From Desulfobacterales bacterium (GTDB taxonomy: Bacteria; Desulfobacterota; Desulfobacteria; Desulfobacterales; SURF-7): 64,000 nucleotides of DNA. Shown here one piece after another: positions 1 through 9,386 of this stretch; within the stretch, counting starts at the first letter, position 1; every line of letters begins with the position of its first letter. The translations under genes and the position numbers were made by a program. The stretch spans positions 74,743 through 138,742 of the forward strand of contig JAWOIJ010000046.1 in the NCBI GenBank assembly GCA_046484745.1. Reading direction: 5' to 3'. Below the pieces are notes generated by a model. The model saw only the letters and a list, made by a program, of their open reading frames with translations. It was not told the origin of the DNA and ran no database searches.

Positions 1-720
1 GAGAAGAAGATCGGCCTGAATGAACTGCAGTCGGCCACCCTGTGTAATCCGCGGAACGGTTACCAGAATTACAATTGTGCGGTCAATCTTACCAATAAGA
101 CCATTTATACCTATATGGGGACCTTGAAGCCCAAAGCAGGCAATGCCAATTATTGCTCGGCAGGAGAATTGAGTCCTCTTTTAAATGATCCATATTATAA
201 GACAATTGGCCTTGGAACCCGGATTTTTCTGGGCGGCGCACAAGGATATGTGACCTGGCAGGGAACCCAGCACAATCCTTCTGTTCCGAGGACGAAAAAA
301 GGCGTTCCCATGAAACCAGCCGGCACATTGTGGGTGATGGGTGATCTGAAACAGATGAGTCCTGACTGGCTGGTCGGGATGAGCTATCAGGGATACGGCA
401 TCTCACTTGCTGTCGGGTTGGGAATCCCCATACCGATACTGAACGAGGAGATGGCATCCTATACAGCGGTATCGGACAAAGAGATTTATACGCAGATCAT
501 CGATTATGGCACTGATTATCCAAATGGAATATCCAAAAGCCTCGGGCAGGTCAGTTATGCGGAACTCAAAAGCGGTACAATCGAATTGGAAGGTAAAAGC
601 ATTCAGACCGTTCCGCTCTCAAGCATGGTGAAGGCTCGCGAGATTGCAGAAATTCTGAAAACATGGATATCAAAAGGGAAGTTCCTTCTCGGTGAGCCAC
701 AGTTTACGCTGCCGGTTTAG
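1..720 (+). CDS. Homocysteine biosynthesis protein family (COG1900/DUF39), 3' portion; the start lies upstream of the window
   Basis: Frame 1 is open from base 1 (EKKIGLNELQSATLCNPRNGYQNYNCAV...) and runs into the listed 115..720 ORF. TIGLGTRIFLGGAQGYVTWQGTQHNP and the C-terminal half resemble DUF39 sulfur-incorporation enzymes of anaerobes (recognised by eye, not searched). Confidence 0.55.
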   Translation, partial: EKKIGLNELQSATLCNPRNGYQNYNCAVNLTNKTIYTYMGTLKPKAGNANYCSAGELSPLLNDPYYKTIGLGTRIFLGGAQGYVTWQGTQHNPSVPRTKKGVPMKPAGTLWVMGDLKQMSPDWLVGMSYQGYGISLAVGLGIPIPILNEEMASYTAVSDKEIYTQIIDYGTDYPNGISKSLGQVSYAELKSGTIELEGKSIQTVPLSSMVKAREIAEILKTWISKGKFLLGEPQFTLPV

Positions 721-1435
721 CCCGGGCTTCATTTTCATCGAAGTGTCCAATGGGCGTCTTACAATCCAACAAGGATATAAAGAGAATTTGAAAAAACAAA
801 AAGAGACGGTAAGAGAAGAGGGTCTGAAAAAGAAAAGCGGTCTTCGTGAAAATATTGAAGCGATTCTGGTTGCGGTTGTACTTGCCTTGATTATTCGAAC
901 CTTTGTGGTTCAGGCGTTTAAAATTCCGTCCGGTTCTATGAAGAATACCCTTCTCATTGGTGATCATATTCTGGTCAATAAATTTATTTACGGTGTGAAA
1001 GAACCGTTTTCCGGTTTCACACTGATTCCTGTAAAAAATCCTGAACGGGGCGATATCGCGGTGTTTAAATACCCTCAGGACCCTTCCAAGGATTTTATCA
1101 AACGGGTCGTCGGTGTGGCAGGGGATCGGATAGAAATCCGAAACAAACAGGTTTATGTAAATGGGAAACCTCAGAAACATTCGTTTGCCGTTTTTACGGA
1201 TAATCGAAGCCTTCCGGGACGGGATTACATGGGACCGATAACGGTTCCGGAGGGTTCTCTTTTTGTCATGGGAGACAATCGGGATAACAGCCATGACAGC
1301 CGGTTCTGGGGTTTTGTCAAGTTGAAAGCTTTAAAAGGAAAAGCGTTTATCATTTACTGGTCCTGGAACGGTGACAATCAAGGGTCGATTCTGGATTATG
1401 TCCGGTGGAACCGCATGGGAAAATTGCTGAAGTAG
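692..1435 (+). CDS. lepB: Signal peptidase I
   Basis: Has an N-terminal TM helix (ILVAVVLALIIRTFVV), the Ser box IPSGSMKNTLLIGDHILVNKF, the Lys box FIKRVVGVAGD and box E GDNRDNSHDSRFWGFV. An in-frame GTG at 743 is an alternative start that would remove the 29-nt overlap with the upstream CDS. Confidence 0.9.
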   Translation: MSHSLRCRFSPGFIFIEVSNGRLTIQQGYKENLKKQKETVREEGLKKKSGLRENIEAILVAVVLALIIRTFVVQAFKIPSGSMKNTLLIGDHILVNKFIYGVKEPFSGFTLIPVKNPERGDIAVFKYPQDPSKDFIKRVVGVAGDRIEIRNKQVYVNGKPQKHSFAVFTDNRSLPGRDYMGPITVPEGSLFVMGDNRDNSHDSRFWGFVKLKALKGKAFIIYWSWNGDNQGSILDYVRWNRMGKLLK

Positions 1436-1447
1436 CACGGGAGCGGC

Positions 1448-2383
1448 ATGGAATTTAATAAAAAAGATATCCTTGATGTGGCATCCCTGTCTTCGGATGA
1501 GATCTCCTTTATTCTGGATACGGCTGAAAAAATGAAGGAGATTTCAGAGCGGCCCATCAAAAAGGTTCCGACCTTGAGAGGCAAGACAATTGTTCTCTTT
1601 TTTTATGAGCCAAGCACCAGAACCAAACTTTCATTCGATTTAGCCGCCAAGCGGTTGAGCGCGGACAGCATATCTCTTTCAGCCGGCTCCAGCAGTATGG
1701 TGAAGGGTGAAACGCTTATCGACACAGCCAGAAATCTTGAAGCGATGAAACCGGACGTGATTGTAATACGGCATCCAGCATCCGGTGCGCCGCAATTGCT
1801 GGCCCGCCATCTGAAAACATCGGTGATCAATGCGGGCGATGGAATACATGCTCACCCCTCCCAGGCACTTCTGGATATGATGACGGTTCGGGAAAACAAG
1901 GGCTCAATCAAAGGGCTTCGGATTGCCATCGTCGGCGATATCGCACACAGCCGGGTCGCACGCTCCAATATTGTCGGATTTTCAAAAATGGGGGCGGACG
2001 TTGTTATTTCCGGTCCGCCGACAATGATACCGAAAGGTGTCGAGGCGCTTGGCGCTTCTGTTACCTATCAGGCGGATTCAGCCATGAAAGATGCGGATGT
2101 GGTAATGATGCTTCGAATTCAGAAAGAACGACAGGAAGCCTTTCTGTTTCCTTCCGAGAGAGAATATGCGATTGCGTATGGTCTGACGGAAAAGAGGGCG
2201 GAGATCCTGAAACCCGATGTCCTGATTATGCATCCCGGTCCTTTGAATCGGGGAGTGGAAATCGCCCCTTCCGTTGCGGACGGACCGCATTCCATTATTC
2301 TGGATCAGGTTACCAATGGTGTCGCTCTCAGAATGGCCTTGTTTTATCTCCTGGCTGGAGGGGTAAGAAATGTTGGTGATTAA
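1448..2383 (+). CDS. pyrB: Aspartate carbamoyltransferase catalytic subunit
   Basis: Shows the carbamoyl-phosphate site [25 protein letters not shown] and [11 protein letters not shown]. The 311-aa length fits, and pyrC follows. Confidence 0.95.
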   Translation: MEFNKKDILDVASLSSDEISFILDTAEKMKEISERPIKKVPTLRGKTIVLFFYEPSTRTKLSFDLAAKRLSADSISLSAGSSSMVKGETLIDTARNLEAMKPDVIVIRHPASGAPQLLARHLKTSVINAGDGIHAHPSQALLDMMTVRENKGSIKGLRIAIVGDIAHSRVARSNIVGFSKMGADVVISGPPTMIPKGVEALGASVTYQADSAMKDADVVMMLRIQKERQEAFLFPSEREYAIAYGLTEKRAEILKPDVLIMHPGPLNRGVEIAPSVADGPHSIILDQVTNGVALRMALFYLLAGGVRNVGD

Positions 2384-3668
2384 AGGCGGGAACCTGGTTG
2401 ATCCCGGCAACATAAACGGTGTTTTTGATATTTTTATTCAAGATGGGAAGATTGCCGTGATCCGGGAATCCGGAACATCCAAAGAGCCTTTAGGGGCGGA
2501 AGATACGGTTGTCGATGCATCCGGTAAAATTGTCACTCCTGGTTTAATCGATATGCATGTCCATCTGCGAGAACCCGGGCATGAATACAAGGAAACAATC
2601 GCTTCCGGAACCATGGCGGCTGCAGCAGGTGGATTTACGGCGGTCTGCTGCATGCCCAATACAAACCCTGTTAATGACAGTTCTGAAGTAACGGAATATA
2701 TAATTGAAAAAGCAAAAAAGTCAGGGAAGGCGCGTGTTTATCCGGTGGCTTCCATCAGCAGGGGACTTTCCGGGGAAAATCTTTCAGAATTTGGAGAACT
2801 TAAGAAGTCAGGCGCGGTAGCTGTAACCGATGACGGGTTGCCGGTATCGAATTCTCAGCTTATGCGAAGAGCCATGGAATATGCCATGGGATTTGGTTTG
2901 CCTGTGATTTCACATGCCGAGGATCTGAAACTCGCCGGGCAAGGTTTGATGAATGAAGGGCCGGCCGCAACCCGGATGGGGCTTGCCGGGATACCCAATG
3001 CTGCTGAATCGGTCATGGTTATGCGTGATATTGCCCTGTGTGAGCTCACGGGTGCGAGACTTCATATCGCCCATGTCAGCACCCTGGAATCCGTTTATGC
3101 GATACGGGATGCCAAGAAAAGAGGCCTGCCGGTAACGGCTGAAACAGCTCCGCATTATTTCTCTTTGACAGATGAAGATATTTCAGGATATGATGCAAAT
3201 TACAAAATGAATCCTCCTTTGCGGTCATCCAGGGACAAAGAAGCTGTTCGACAAGGACTGGCGGACGGAACAATAGATGCGATTGCGACGGATCATGCGC
3301 CTCATTCTCCCCTTGAAAAAAATCTGGAATTCAGCAGAGCGGCAAACGGAATAATCGGTCTTGAGACAGCCCTGCCGCTTGGTTTGAAACTGGTGGAAGA
3401 CAAGGTGATCACCTTTGAATCCCTTGTCGAAAAATTATCTAAAAATCCAGCTCGGATTTTGGGACTTCAAAGCGGTCTTGCCGAGGGAGGTCCCGCGGAT
3501 ATTACCGTCATTGATCCGGGTTTGCCGCACACAATCAATGCGGATCTCTTTTTTTCCAAAAGCCGGAATACGCCTTTTAATGGATGGCAACTGAAAGGTA
3601 AGGCGTTGTTAACAGTAGTCGGAGGGCGGATTGTTTTTGATGAACTGATTAATAGCAAGAGGTTATAA
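2370..3668 (+). CDS. pyrC: Dihydroorotase (amidohydrolase superfamily)
   Basis: Metal-ligand motifs [10 protein letters not shown] and ATDHAPH are present. It overlaps the pyrB stop by 14 nt, the typical pyrBC arrangement. Confidence 0.92.
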   Translation: MLVIKGGNLVDPGNINGVFDIFIQDGKIAVIRESGTSKEPLGAEDTVVDASGKIVTPGLIDMHVHLREPGHEYKETIASGTMAAAAGGFTAVCCMPNTNPVNDSSEVTEYIIEKAKKSGKARVYPVASISRGLSGENLSEFGELKKSGAVAVTDDGLPVSNSQLMRRAMEYAMGFGLPVISHAEDLKLAGQGLMNEGPAATRMGLAGIPNAAESVMVMRDIALCELTGARLHIAHVSTLESVYAIRDAKKRGLPVTAETAPHYFSLTDEDISGYDANYKMNPPLRSSRDKEAVRQGLADGTIDAIATDHAPHSPLEKNLEFSRAANGIIGLETALPLGLKLVEDKVITFESLVEKLSKNPARILGLQSGLAEGGPADITVIDPGLPHTINADLFFSKSRNTPFNGWQLKGKALLTVVGGRIVFDELINSKRL

Positions 3669-3810
3669 GCATTCGATCTTATAAAACCTTATTGACAAGC
3701 ATGTCTGTTATTGTTAGCTTGCCCAATAACCTGGTTGTCAGGTTTGAAACGGCATTGACTGGTGGTAACCTGGACTACTAAAAACTGATATTGGACCACT
3801 CACTGCAAAC

Positions 3811-5238
3811 ATGCCAGATTTTAATAAAAGTGCTCATATCCTTGTCGTTGATGATGAACTGAGCATGCGTGAATTTCTCGATGTCATGCTGAGCAAGGCC
3901 GGTTATACGGTATCCTGTGCCGAAAATGGCAAAATGGCACAATCGATGATCCGGGAAAATCGCTATGACCTTCTGCTTTGCGATATCCGGCTTGGCGATA
4001 TCAGCGGCATCGAAGTGCTTCACGAAGCCAAGCAGAAAGATCCTTCCACTGTCGTAATAATGATTTCCGCATATTCAACCACCGAGGCGGCGGTTGAAGC
4101 AATGAACAAGGGCGCATATGACTATGTCCCGAAACCTTTCGATAATGACGAGCTGAAACAGACCATTGCCAATGCACTGGATCTGAAGACGATTGAGCAT
4201 GAGAAAGAGATTCTTGATGATGACCTGAAAAAGAATCTTCATTTTGGAAAAATTGTCGGCAACAGCCCGGGAATGCTCAGAATCTATGAAATGATCCGTC
4301 AGGTGGCAAAAACCAGAACGAATATTCTGGTTGCCGGAGAAAGCGGAACCGGTAAGGAATTTATTGCAAGGGCGATACACGAGCAGAGTGGTCGAAGGGG
4401 AAATCCTTTTGTTGTTGTCAACTGCGGAGGAATTCCCGAGTCGCTCATGGAGAGCGAACTTTTCGGGCATAAGAAGGGAGCTTTCACAGGCGCGACACAA
4501 GACAAGAAAGGGTTGTTTGAGATTGCCCATAAGGGAACGATTTTTCTTGACGAAATCGGAGAGCTGAGCCTGCCGCTGCAGGTAAAAATTTTAAGAGCTG
4601 TTCAGGAACGGGTATTCAAGTGTGTCGGAGGGACAACGGATATTTCGGTTGATATCCGGATTATATCGGCAACCAACAAGAGACTTGAAGAAGAAGTGAT
4701 TGCAGGGCGTTTCCGGGAAGATCTGTTTTACCGGCTGAATGTCATTCAGATCAAAGTGCCTCCCCTTCGGGAAAGGAAAAGCGACCTCAAGGCCCTTGTT
4801 CAGTATTTTCTTGAAAAATATGCAAAAGAGATCGGGAAGGAGGTTACCAAAATCTCTTCCTATGCCATCGATCTTTTAAAACGATATGATTTTCCGGGCA
4901 ATGTCCGTGAACTTGAAAATCTTATTGAACGAAGTATCGCTCTCTCAACAACCAATATCATTCTTCCGGAAAGCCTTTCTATCTCCATCCATAAAAGGAG
5001 ATGGATCGAAGGGATAAAAGGCCGGCGGTTTGATCTGGATGATGTGGCCTATGGTGTCAATCTTGATGAAATTCTGGAAACGATTGAAACGGGGTATATG
5101 AAAAAGGCCATGGAGTGCAGCAATGGAAACAAAAACAGGGCGGCCGAACTTCTCGGCATTTCATTCCGTTCCATGCGTTACCGGTTTGAGAAGCTCGGGA
5201 TCGAAAAGATGCCGCATTTACACGGTGAAAAAGAATAG
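3811..5238 (+). CDS. pilR: Sigma-54-dependent response regulator (REC + AAA+ + Fis-type HTH), PilR-like by context
   Basis: REC domain (ILVVDDE...LLLCDIRLGD...KPF), Walker A GESGTGKE, the GAFTGA sigma-54 contact loop (KKGAFTGA) and a C-terminal HTH (NKNRAAELLGISFRSMRYRF). It lies directly upstream of a pilin gene that has a -24/-12 promoter. Confidence 0.8.
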   Translation: MPDFNKSAHILVVDDELSMREFLDVMLSKAGYTVSCAENGKMAQSMIRENRYDLLLCDIRLGDISGIEVLHEAKQKDPSTVVIMISAYSTTEAAVEAMNKGAYDYVPKPFDNDELKQTIANALDLKTIEHEKEILDDDLKKNLHFGKIVGNSPGMLRIYEMIRQVAKTRTNILVAGESGTGKEFIARAIHEQSGRRGNPFVVVNCGGIPESLMESELFGHKKGAFTGATQDKKGLFEIAHKGTIFLDEIGELSLPLQVKILRAVQERVFKCVGGTTDISVDIRIISATNKRLEEEVIAGRFREDLFYRLNVIQIKVPPLRERKSDLKALVQYFLEKYAKEIGKEVTKISSYAIDLLKRYDFPGNVRELENLIERSIALSTTNIILPESLSISIHKRRWIEGIKGRRFDLDDVAYGVNLDEILETIETGYMKKAMECSNGNKNRAAELLGISFRSMRYRFEKLGIEKMPHLHGEKE

Positions 5239-5251
5239 ACGGCAAGGGCGC

Positions 5252-5286
5252 GACAATTTTTGTCAGCACCCGGACAATAAGTGACA
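5252..5286 (+). promoter_or_regulatory. Candidate upstream activator sites for the sigma-54 activator: GACAA-TTT-TTGTC palindrome plus a GACAA/TGACA pair
   Basis: GACAATTTTTGTC is a perfect 5+3+5 palindrome at 5252-5264, and GACAATAAGTGACA lies at 5273-5286. They sit about 110-140 nt upstream of the -24 element, a typical enhancer distance. TGTC-type repeats are reported PilR sites in Pseudomonas. Confidence 0.4.
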
Positions 5287-5392
5287 TTTTTCGGCAGCAT
5301 AAAAAAGCAGCAGGGTGCAAAAAGTTTGGGATTTGAAAATATGCCTATGTAAAAACAAATGGATAGCAATATAATTCTTTGAGGGAATGGGT

Positions 5393-5408
5393 TGGCATTT
5401 TATTTGCT
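5393..5408 (+). promoter_or_regulatory. Sigma-54 (-24/-12) promoter for the pilin gene
   Basis: TGGCATTTTATTTGCT has GG at 5394-5395 and GC at 5406-5407 separated by exactly 10 nt. This matches TGGCAC-N5-TTGCW at all invariant positions. Confidence 0.7.
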
Positions 5409-5555
5409 TGAGCTTTAGGGCGTTGCTTAAGTTTGGAGATTGTTGCTCTGAAAACACAATTGGCAACAGGTTGAAAAGGAGGTAATAAACCAACACGTAA
5501 CCGATTACAGTCTAAATTAATGATGAAAAACCAACAACAAACAAGGAGAATGATT

Positions 5556-5972
5556 ATGTTACAAAAAATGAGAGGAAACACCGAAGGTTTTACACTGATT
5601 GAGCTGATGATCGTTATCGCAATTATCGGCATCCTGGCAGCCATTGCTATTCCTAACTTTATTTCCTATCGTAACAAGGCGTTCTGTAGTGGCGTTGAAT
5701 CAGATGCAAACGGCATTGCAGCGGTTATTGCGGATTATTTTTCCGACCCGATGCATACAACCCTGCCGACCGTTTCTGGAGAAATTTCTTATAATCCTAC
5801 CGGTGACAGCCCGTTTAACACCACGAATGAAAATCAGTTCACTGTAGCCGGTAACACGGATAATATCACCATTACTGTTGACGATAACAGCAACCGCTGC
5901 CCAAGGGGAGCTGTTTTTGTATTGTCAATGCCTTCAAGCAGCGCCGGCGACGGTTGGGGTGATGGTCTATAA
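5556..5972 (+). CDS. pilA: Type IVa pilin (prepilin with a short leader)
   Basis: Class III signal ...GNTEG|FTLIELMIVIAIIGILAAIAIPNF with Gly-1, Phe+1 and Glu+5. AAGGAGA at 5543-5549 sits 6 nt before ATG 5556; ATG 5568 would give a 7-aa leader, and the listed ORF start at 5520 is less likely. The head domain has two Cys (FCSG ... NRCPRG). Confidence 0.92.
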   Translation: MLQKMRGNTEGFTLIELMIVIAIIGILAAIAIPNFISYRNKAFCSGVESDANGIAAVIADYFSDPMHTTLPTVSGEISYNPTGDSPFNTTNENQFTVAGNTDNITITVDDNSNRCPRGAVFVLSMPSSSAGDGWGDGL

Positions 5973-6065
5973 TCTGGTTTCCGGGATGGATAGATAGAAT
6001 GTCATGCCTGTAAGCATCCTTGGCAATGACTGGAACTGAAAGTTCCGCAACCACATGTTAACAAA

Positions 6066-6100
6066 AAGGGGGGATCCTATCCCCCCTTAACCATTTTTAA
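6066..6100 (+). terminator. Hairpin terminator or attenuator downstream of the pilin gene
   Basis: AAGGGGGGAT-CCT-ATCCCCCCTT forms a 10-bp GC-rich stem (6066-6075 / 6079-6088), followed after 5 nt by TTTTT (6094-6098). The T-tract is offset, so termination may be partial. Confidence 0.5.
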
Positions 6101-6108
6101 AATCCGCC

Positions 6109-8199
6109 ATGACCGATCATACCTGTTCGGACAGAAAATTCCTTCCGGTCTTTGCAGCCCTTTTTTTTTTAATTCTGATCATTTATTCCAATACGTTTCA
6201 CGCTTCCTGGCATCTGGATGATTATCCCAAGATCGTTAACAATTCCAGGATGCATTTAGAGGAGATTTCTCTTGAAGCGCTGGGGGATGCTTTTACCGCA
6301 TATCGCGGACGCCCGGTATCCAGTTTCACCCTTGCATTGAACTGGTATTTCGGTCAAAAAAAAGTAATCGGCTATCATATCGTAAATCTTTCCATCCATG
6401 TCCTGAGTTCCTGGTTTCTTTTCCTTACATGCCTGACTCTGTTCCAGTCCCCCAATCTGCGAAACAGGTACCAGGGAAGTGAACATTTTATCGCCGCCCT
6501 TGCGGCTGTCCTCTGGGCGATCAACCCGATCCAGATTCAGGCAGTGACCTATATCGTACAGCGAATGGCTTCACTTTGCGCAATGCTGTACATCCTGAGT
6601 TTATATTTTTATCTACAAGGAAGGCTCCATGGAAAGGGAAAAAATCGCTTTTATTCCTATCTGGCCTGTCTAATCTGTTTTTTACTGGCACTCGGCTCTA
6701 AAGAAAATGCCATCCTTTTTCCGTTTACCCTTGTTCTGGTCGAACTTATTTTTTTTCAAAATATGCAGCACTCAAAAAGACGATGGCCTGTATTGTCGCA
6801 GGTCGTTATCGCAGGTAGCGTTGCAGCCATAATCCTTGGAGCCGTTTTTCTCATACGGGGCAATCTTTTTGGTTTTCTTGCCGGTTATAGCGGAAGAGAT
6901 TTTTCTCTCTGGGAGCGTCTTCTCACGCAGCCGAGGATTATTTTCTTCTACCTGAGCCAGCTATTCTATCCGGTTTCGCAAAGGCTGTCCATCGCTCATG
7001 ACATCCTTGCCTCCACATCGCTGTTCCACCCCGTCAGCACCTTTCCGGCTGTTTTGGGGGTAATCGGACTGATCGGATACGGATTGATGCAGATCCGGAA
7101 AACGCCGCTGCTTTCTTTCGGCATCCTTTTTTTCTTTCTAAACCATGGCATTGAATCAACGATTATACCGCTGGAGCTGGTCTTTGAGCATCGAAACTAC
7201 CTCCCCTCCATGTTTCTTTTTCTGCCTGTGGCCGCGGGGTTGAAGCAATTATTGACGAGGTACCGGGAAAAACGCTTCATGTACCTGATGATCGTTTCGT
7301 TTGTGACGATTTTACTTGCAGGTATCGGGACAGGAACCTATCACCGCAACTGGATATGGTCTAATGCAACGACATTATGGGAAGATGCGGTCCGAAAAGC
7401 TCCTGGTTCCGCGCGCGCTTACCACAACCTGGCTCTTGGATATCAACGGTCCGGCAGATCCGTTGAAGCACTGGAATTATATAAAATGGCGCTTCAGAGC
7501 ACGGGGACCAGAAAAGAGAGTCCGGCTTTTCTCCTCAATAACATGGGCGGGATTTATTATGGATGGGGAGAGTATGAAAAGGCCGCGGAACATCTCCGGA
7601 AAGCCCTTGATTATTATCCAAAATACCGGTCTGCGAATTATCTGCTGACACTTTCACTGATACAGCTCGGAAGGTGGAAGGATGCAGAAGAAAATCTTGA
7701 TTTGTTACTCGAAAATGAGCTAAAAAACGAAGCCTATCTCAGCCTGAAAGGTTTTATATTATTAAAGCAGAACAACATTAAAGGCGCTGTCACCTGGTTT
7801 CAAAGAGGTTTGCGGCTTTCCCGCAAAAACAGGGATTCTTTGGTGTTCATGGGCGCTGCCATGGGAATGCTTGGCGAGTATGATCGGGGATTATGGTTTT
7901 TAAGACAGGCAGATGCTTTGTATGAAAACGACCCGGTTGTTATGCTTTGTATTGCCGACAACTCTCTGAAAGCGGAAATGAAATCACAGGCAGTTCATTT
8001 CATTGACCGCTTCATCGATACCGTCGGGATGAGCCGCCTGGAAGTTTTTTTGAAAAATTTTCAACATGACAACCTTGCGGTGCCCTGTTCATTTGAGCGC
8101 CTGCTGCCATTTATCGCCGAAAGGATAGAAAGGAAAGCGATCGACAACCATAAACTGGCCGACAGGCTATTGAAACGTTATTCCGCAGCAGGCTTTTGA
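6109..8199 (+). CDS. GT-C fold membrane glycosyltransferase with C-terminal TPR domain (TMTC/PMT-like)
   Basis: About 400 aa of multiple TM helices, with an acidic loop-1 motif WHLDDYPKIVNN and a GSKENAI motif. About 250 aa of TPR repeats follow (AYHNLALGYQRSGRSVEALELYKMAL..., EKAAEHLRKALDYYP...). Confidence 0.7.
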   Translation: MTDHTCSDRKFLPVFAALFFLILIIYSNTFHASWHLDDYPKIVNNSRMHLEEISLEALGDAFTAYRGRPVSSFTLALNWYFGQKKVIGYHIVNLSIHVLSSWFLFLTCLTLFQSPNLRNRYQGSEHFIAALAAVLWAINPIQIQAVTYIVQRMASLCAMLYILSLYFYLQGRLHGKGKNRFYSYLACLICFLLALGSKENAILFPFTLVLVELIFFQNMQHSKRRWPVLSQVVIAGSVAAIILGAVFLIRGNLFGFLAGYSGRDFSLWERLLTQPRIIFFYLSQLFYPVSQRLSIAHDILASTSLFHPVSTFPAVLGVIGLIGYGLMQIRKTPLLSFGILFFFLNHGIESTIIPLELVFEHRNYLPSMFLFLPVAAGLKQLLTRYREKRFMYLMIVSFVTILLAGIGTGTYHRNWIWSNATTLWEDAVRKAPGSARAYHNLALGYQRSGRSVEALELYKMALQSTGTRKESPAFLLNNMGGIYYGWGEYEKAAEHLRKALDYYPKYRSANYLLTLSLIQLGRWKDAEENLDLLLENELKNEAYLSLKGFILLKQNNIKGAVTWFQRGLRLSRKNRDSLVFMGAAMGMLGEYDRGLWFLRQADALYENDPVVMLCIADNSLKAEMKSQAVHFIDRFIDTVGMSRLEVFLKNFQHDNLAVPCSFERLLPFIAERIERKAIDNHKLADRLLKRYSAAGF

Positions 8200-8200
8200 A

Positions 8201-9367
8201 ATGGCGAAAAAAGATCAAACGATAACACCGCTTCCGTTTCCTGTTTATTTCTGGACAGTAGCTTTGTTAGCGTTTTCAGGGCTGCTGGTTTCTCTGTATC
8301 TATCCATATCCCATTATCGTGTTTACACCGACATCGGGTATCGAAGTTTTTGCGCGGTTTCAAAGTCCATAAACTGTGATACGGTTTCTCAAAGCTCATA
8401 TTCCATTTTTTTGGATATTCCTGTACCGGTGTGGGGTGTTGTCGGATATGCCTTTTTTTTGTTATTTCTCCCATTTGCCTGGTTGGAAGATGCAAAAAAG
8501 GAGAGGATGTGGCCGATTCTCTTTTTGCTGTCTCTTGGGTATAGCGTTTACAGCATCGTTCTTGCACTTATATCTTCTTTATACATCCACAGCTACTGTA
8601 TCATGTGTATTGCCTCCTATGGAATAAACTTTATGCTGCTTTACTATACCTGGCTTGTCGGGAAACGCTTTGGCGGATTCAGTTTAATCAGAGGGATTCC
8701 GAAGGATATTCACCATCTGTACCGGCACAAAAAAAGGGGTCTGGTTCTGTTTTTATCTTTTTTTATCCTTCTTTCAGGAATAATCCTTGCTTATCCTAAA
8801 TACTGGGATAGAATACCCGCGCCCCCATCACCCTCTATCGCAAAAGGGGTAACCGATGAGGGATATCCATGGATCGGCGCAGAGGATCCAGTGCTGACCA
8901 TCATTGAATTTTCAGACTATCAATGTTTTCAATGCGGCAAGATGCATTTTTTTCTGCGAAAGATTGTGGAAAAAAATCCGGATAAAATCAGGCTTGTCCA
9001 TCGCCATTTCCCGATGGATCATAACATAAATCCCATTGTGAAAAACCCGTACCACGTTGGTTCGGGAGAGCTTGCCTGTTTCTCTATTCTGGCCGGGATA
9101 AAGGGCAAATTCTGGAAGATGAATGATCTCCTGTTTGATATCGCAAGAAAGGAAAGTTTAATCAACACCAGGATGCTGGCAGATAAAACAGGTCTGAACG
9201 CGGGAGAACTAGCCAGGTCAATCAACCATCCATATATCCGGCAAAAACTGAAAAAAGACATTTTCGACGGGATGAAATTAAGAGTCACCGGAACACCGAC
9301 ATTTTTTATCAACGGGAAAAAATATTCGGGCTATATACCCCCTGAAATTTTAGCGGACTTTCTTTAA
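8201..9367 (+). CDS. VKOR (vitamin K epoxide reductase family) fused to a DsbA/thioredoxin-like domain
   Basis: The N-terminal 4-5 TM domain has the loop Cys pair FCAVSKSINC and an intramembrane CXXC (SYCIMCIASYG). The C-terminal soluble domain has CXXC (SDYQCFQCGKMH) and TGTPTFFING. The ATG lies 1 nt after the upstream stop. Confidence 0.85.
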   Translation: MAKKDQTITPLPFPVYFWTVALLAFSGLLVSLYLSISHYRVYTDIGYRSFCAVSKSINCDTVSQSSYSIFLDIPVPVWGVVGYAFFLLFLPFAWLEDAKKERMWPILFLLSLGYSVYSIVLALISSLYIHSYCIMCIASYGINFMLLYYTWLVGKRFGGFSLIRGIPKDIHHLYRHKKRGLVLFLSFFILLSGIILAYPKYWDRIPAPPSPSIAKGVTDEGYPWIGAEDPVLTIIEFSDYQCFQCGKMHFFLRKIVEKNPDKIRLVHRHFPMDHNINPIVKNPYHVGSGELACFSILAGIKGKFWKMNDLLFDIARKESLINTRMLADKTGLNAGELARSINHPYIRQKLKKDIFDGMKLRVTGTPTFFINGKKYSGYIPPEILADFL

Positions 9368-9386
9368 GGCAAACAGGTAAAACAAA

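Noticed and set aside
704-1294. 196-aa minus-strand ORF opposite lepB; similar antisense ORFs lie at 16792-17238, 22259-22885 and 61065-61625
   Set aside because: All are antisense to genes with unambiguous family motifs, so they are treated as shadow ORFs.
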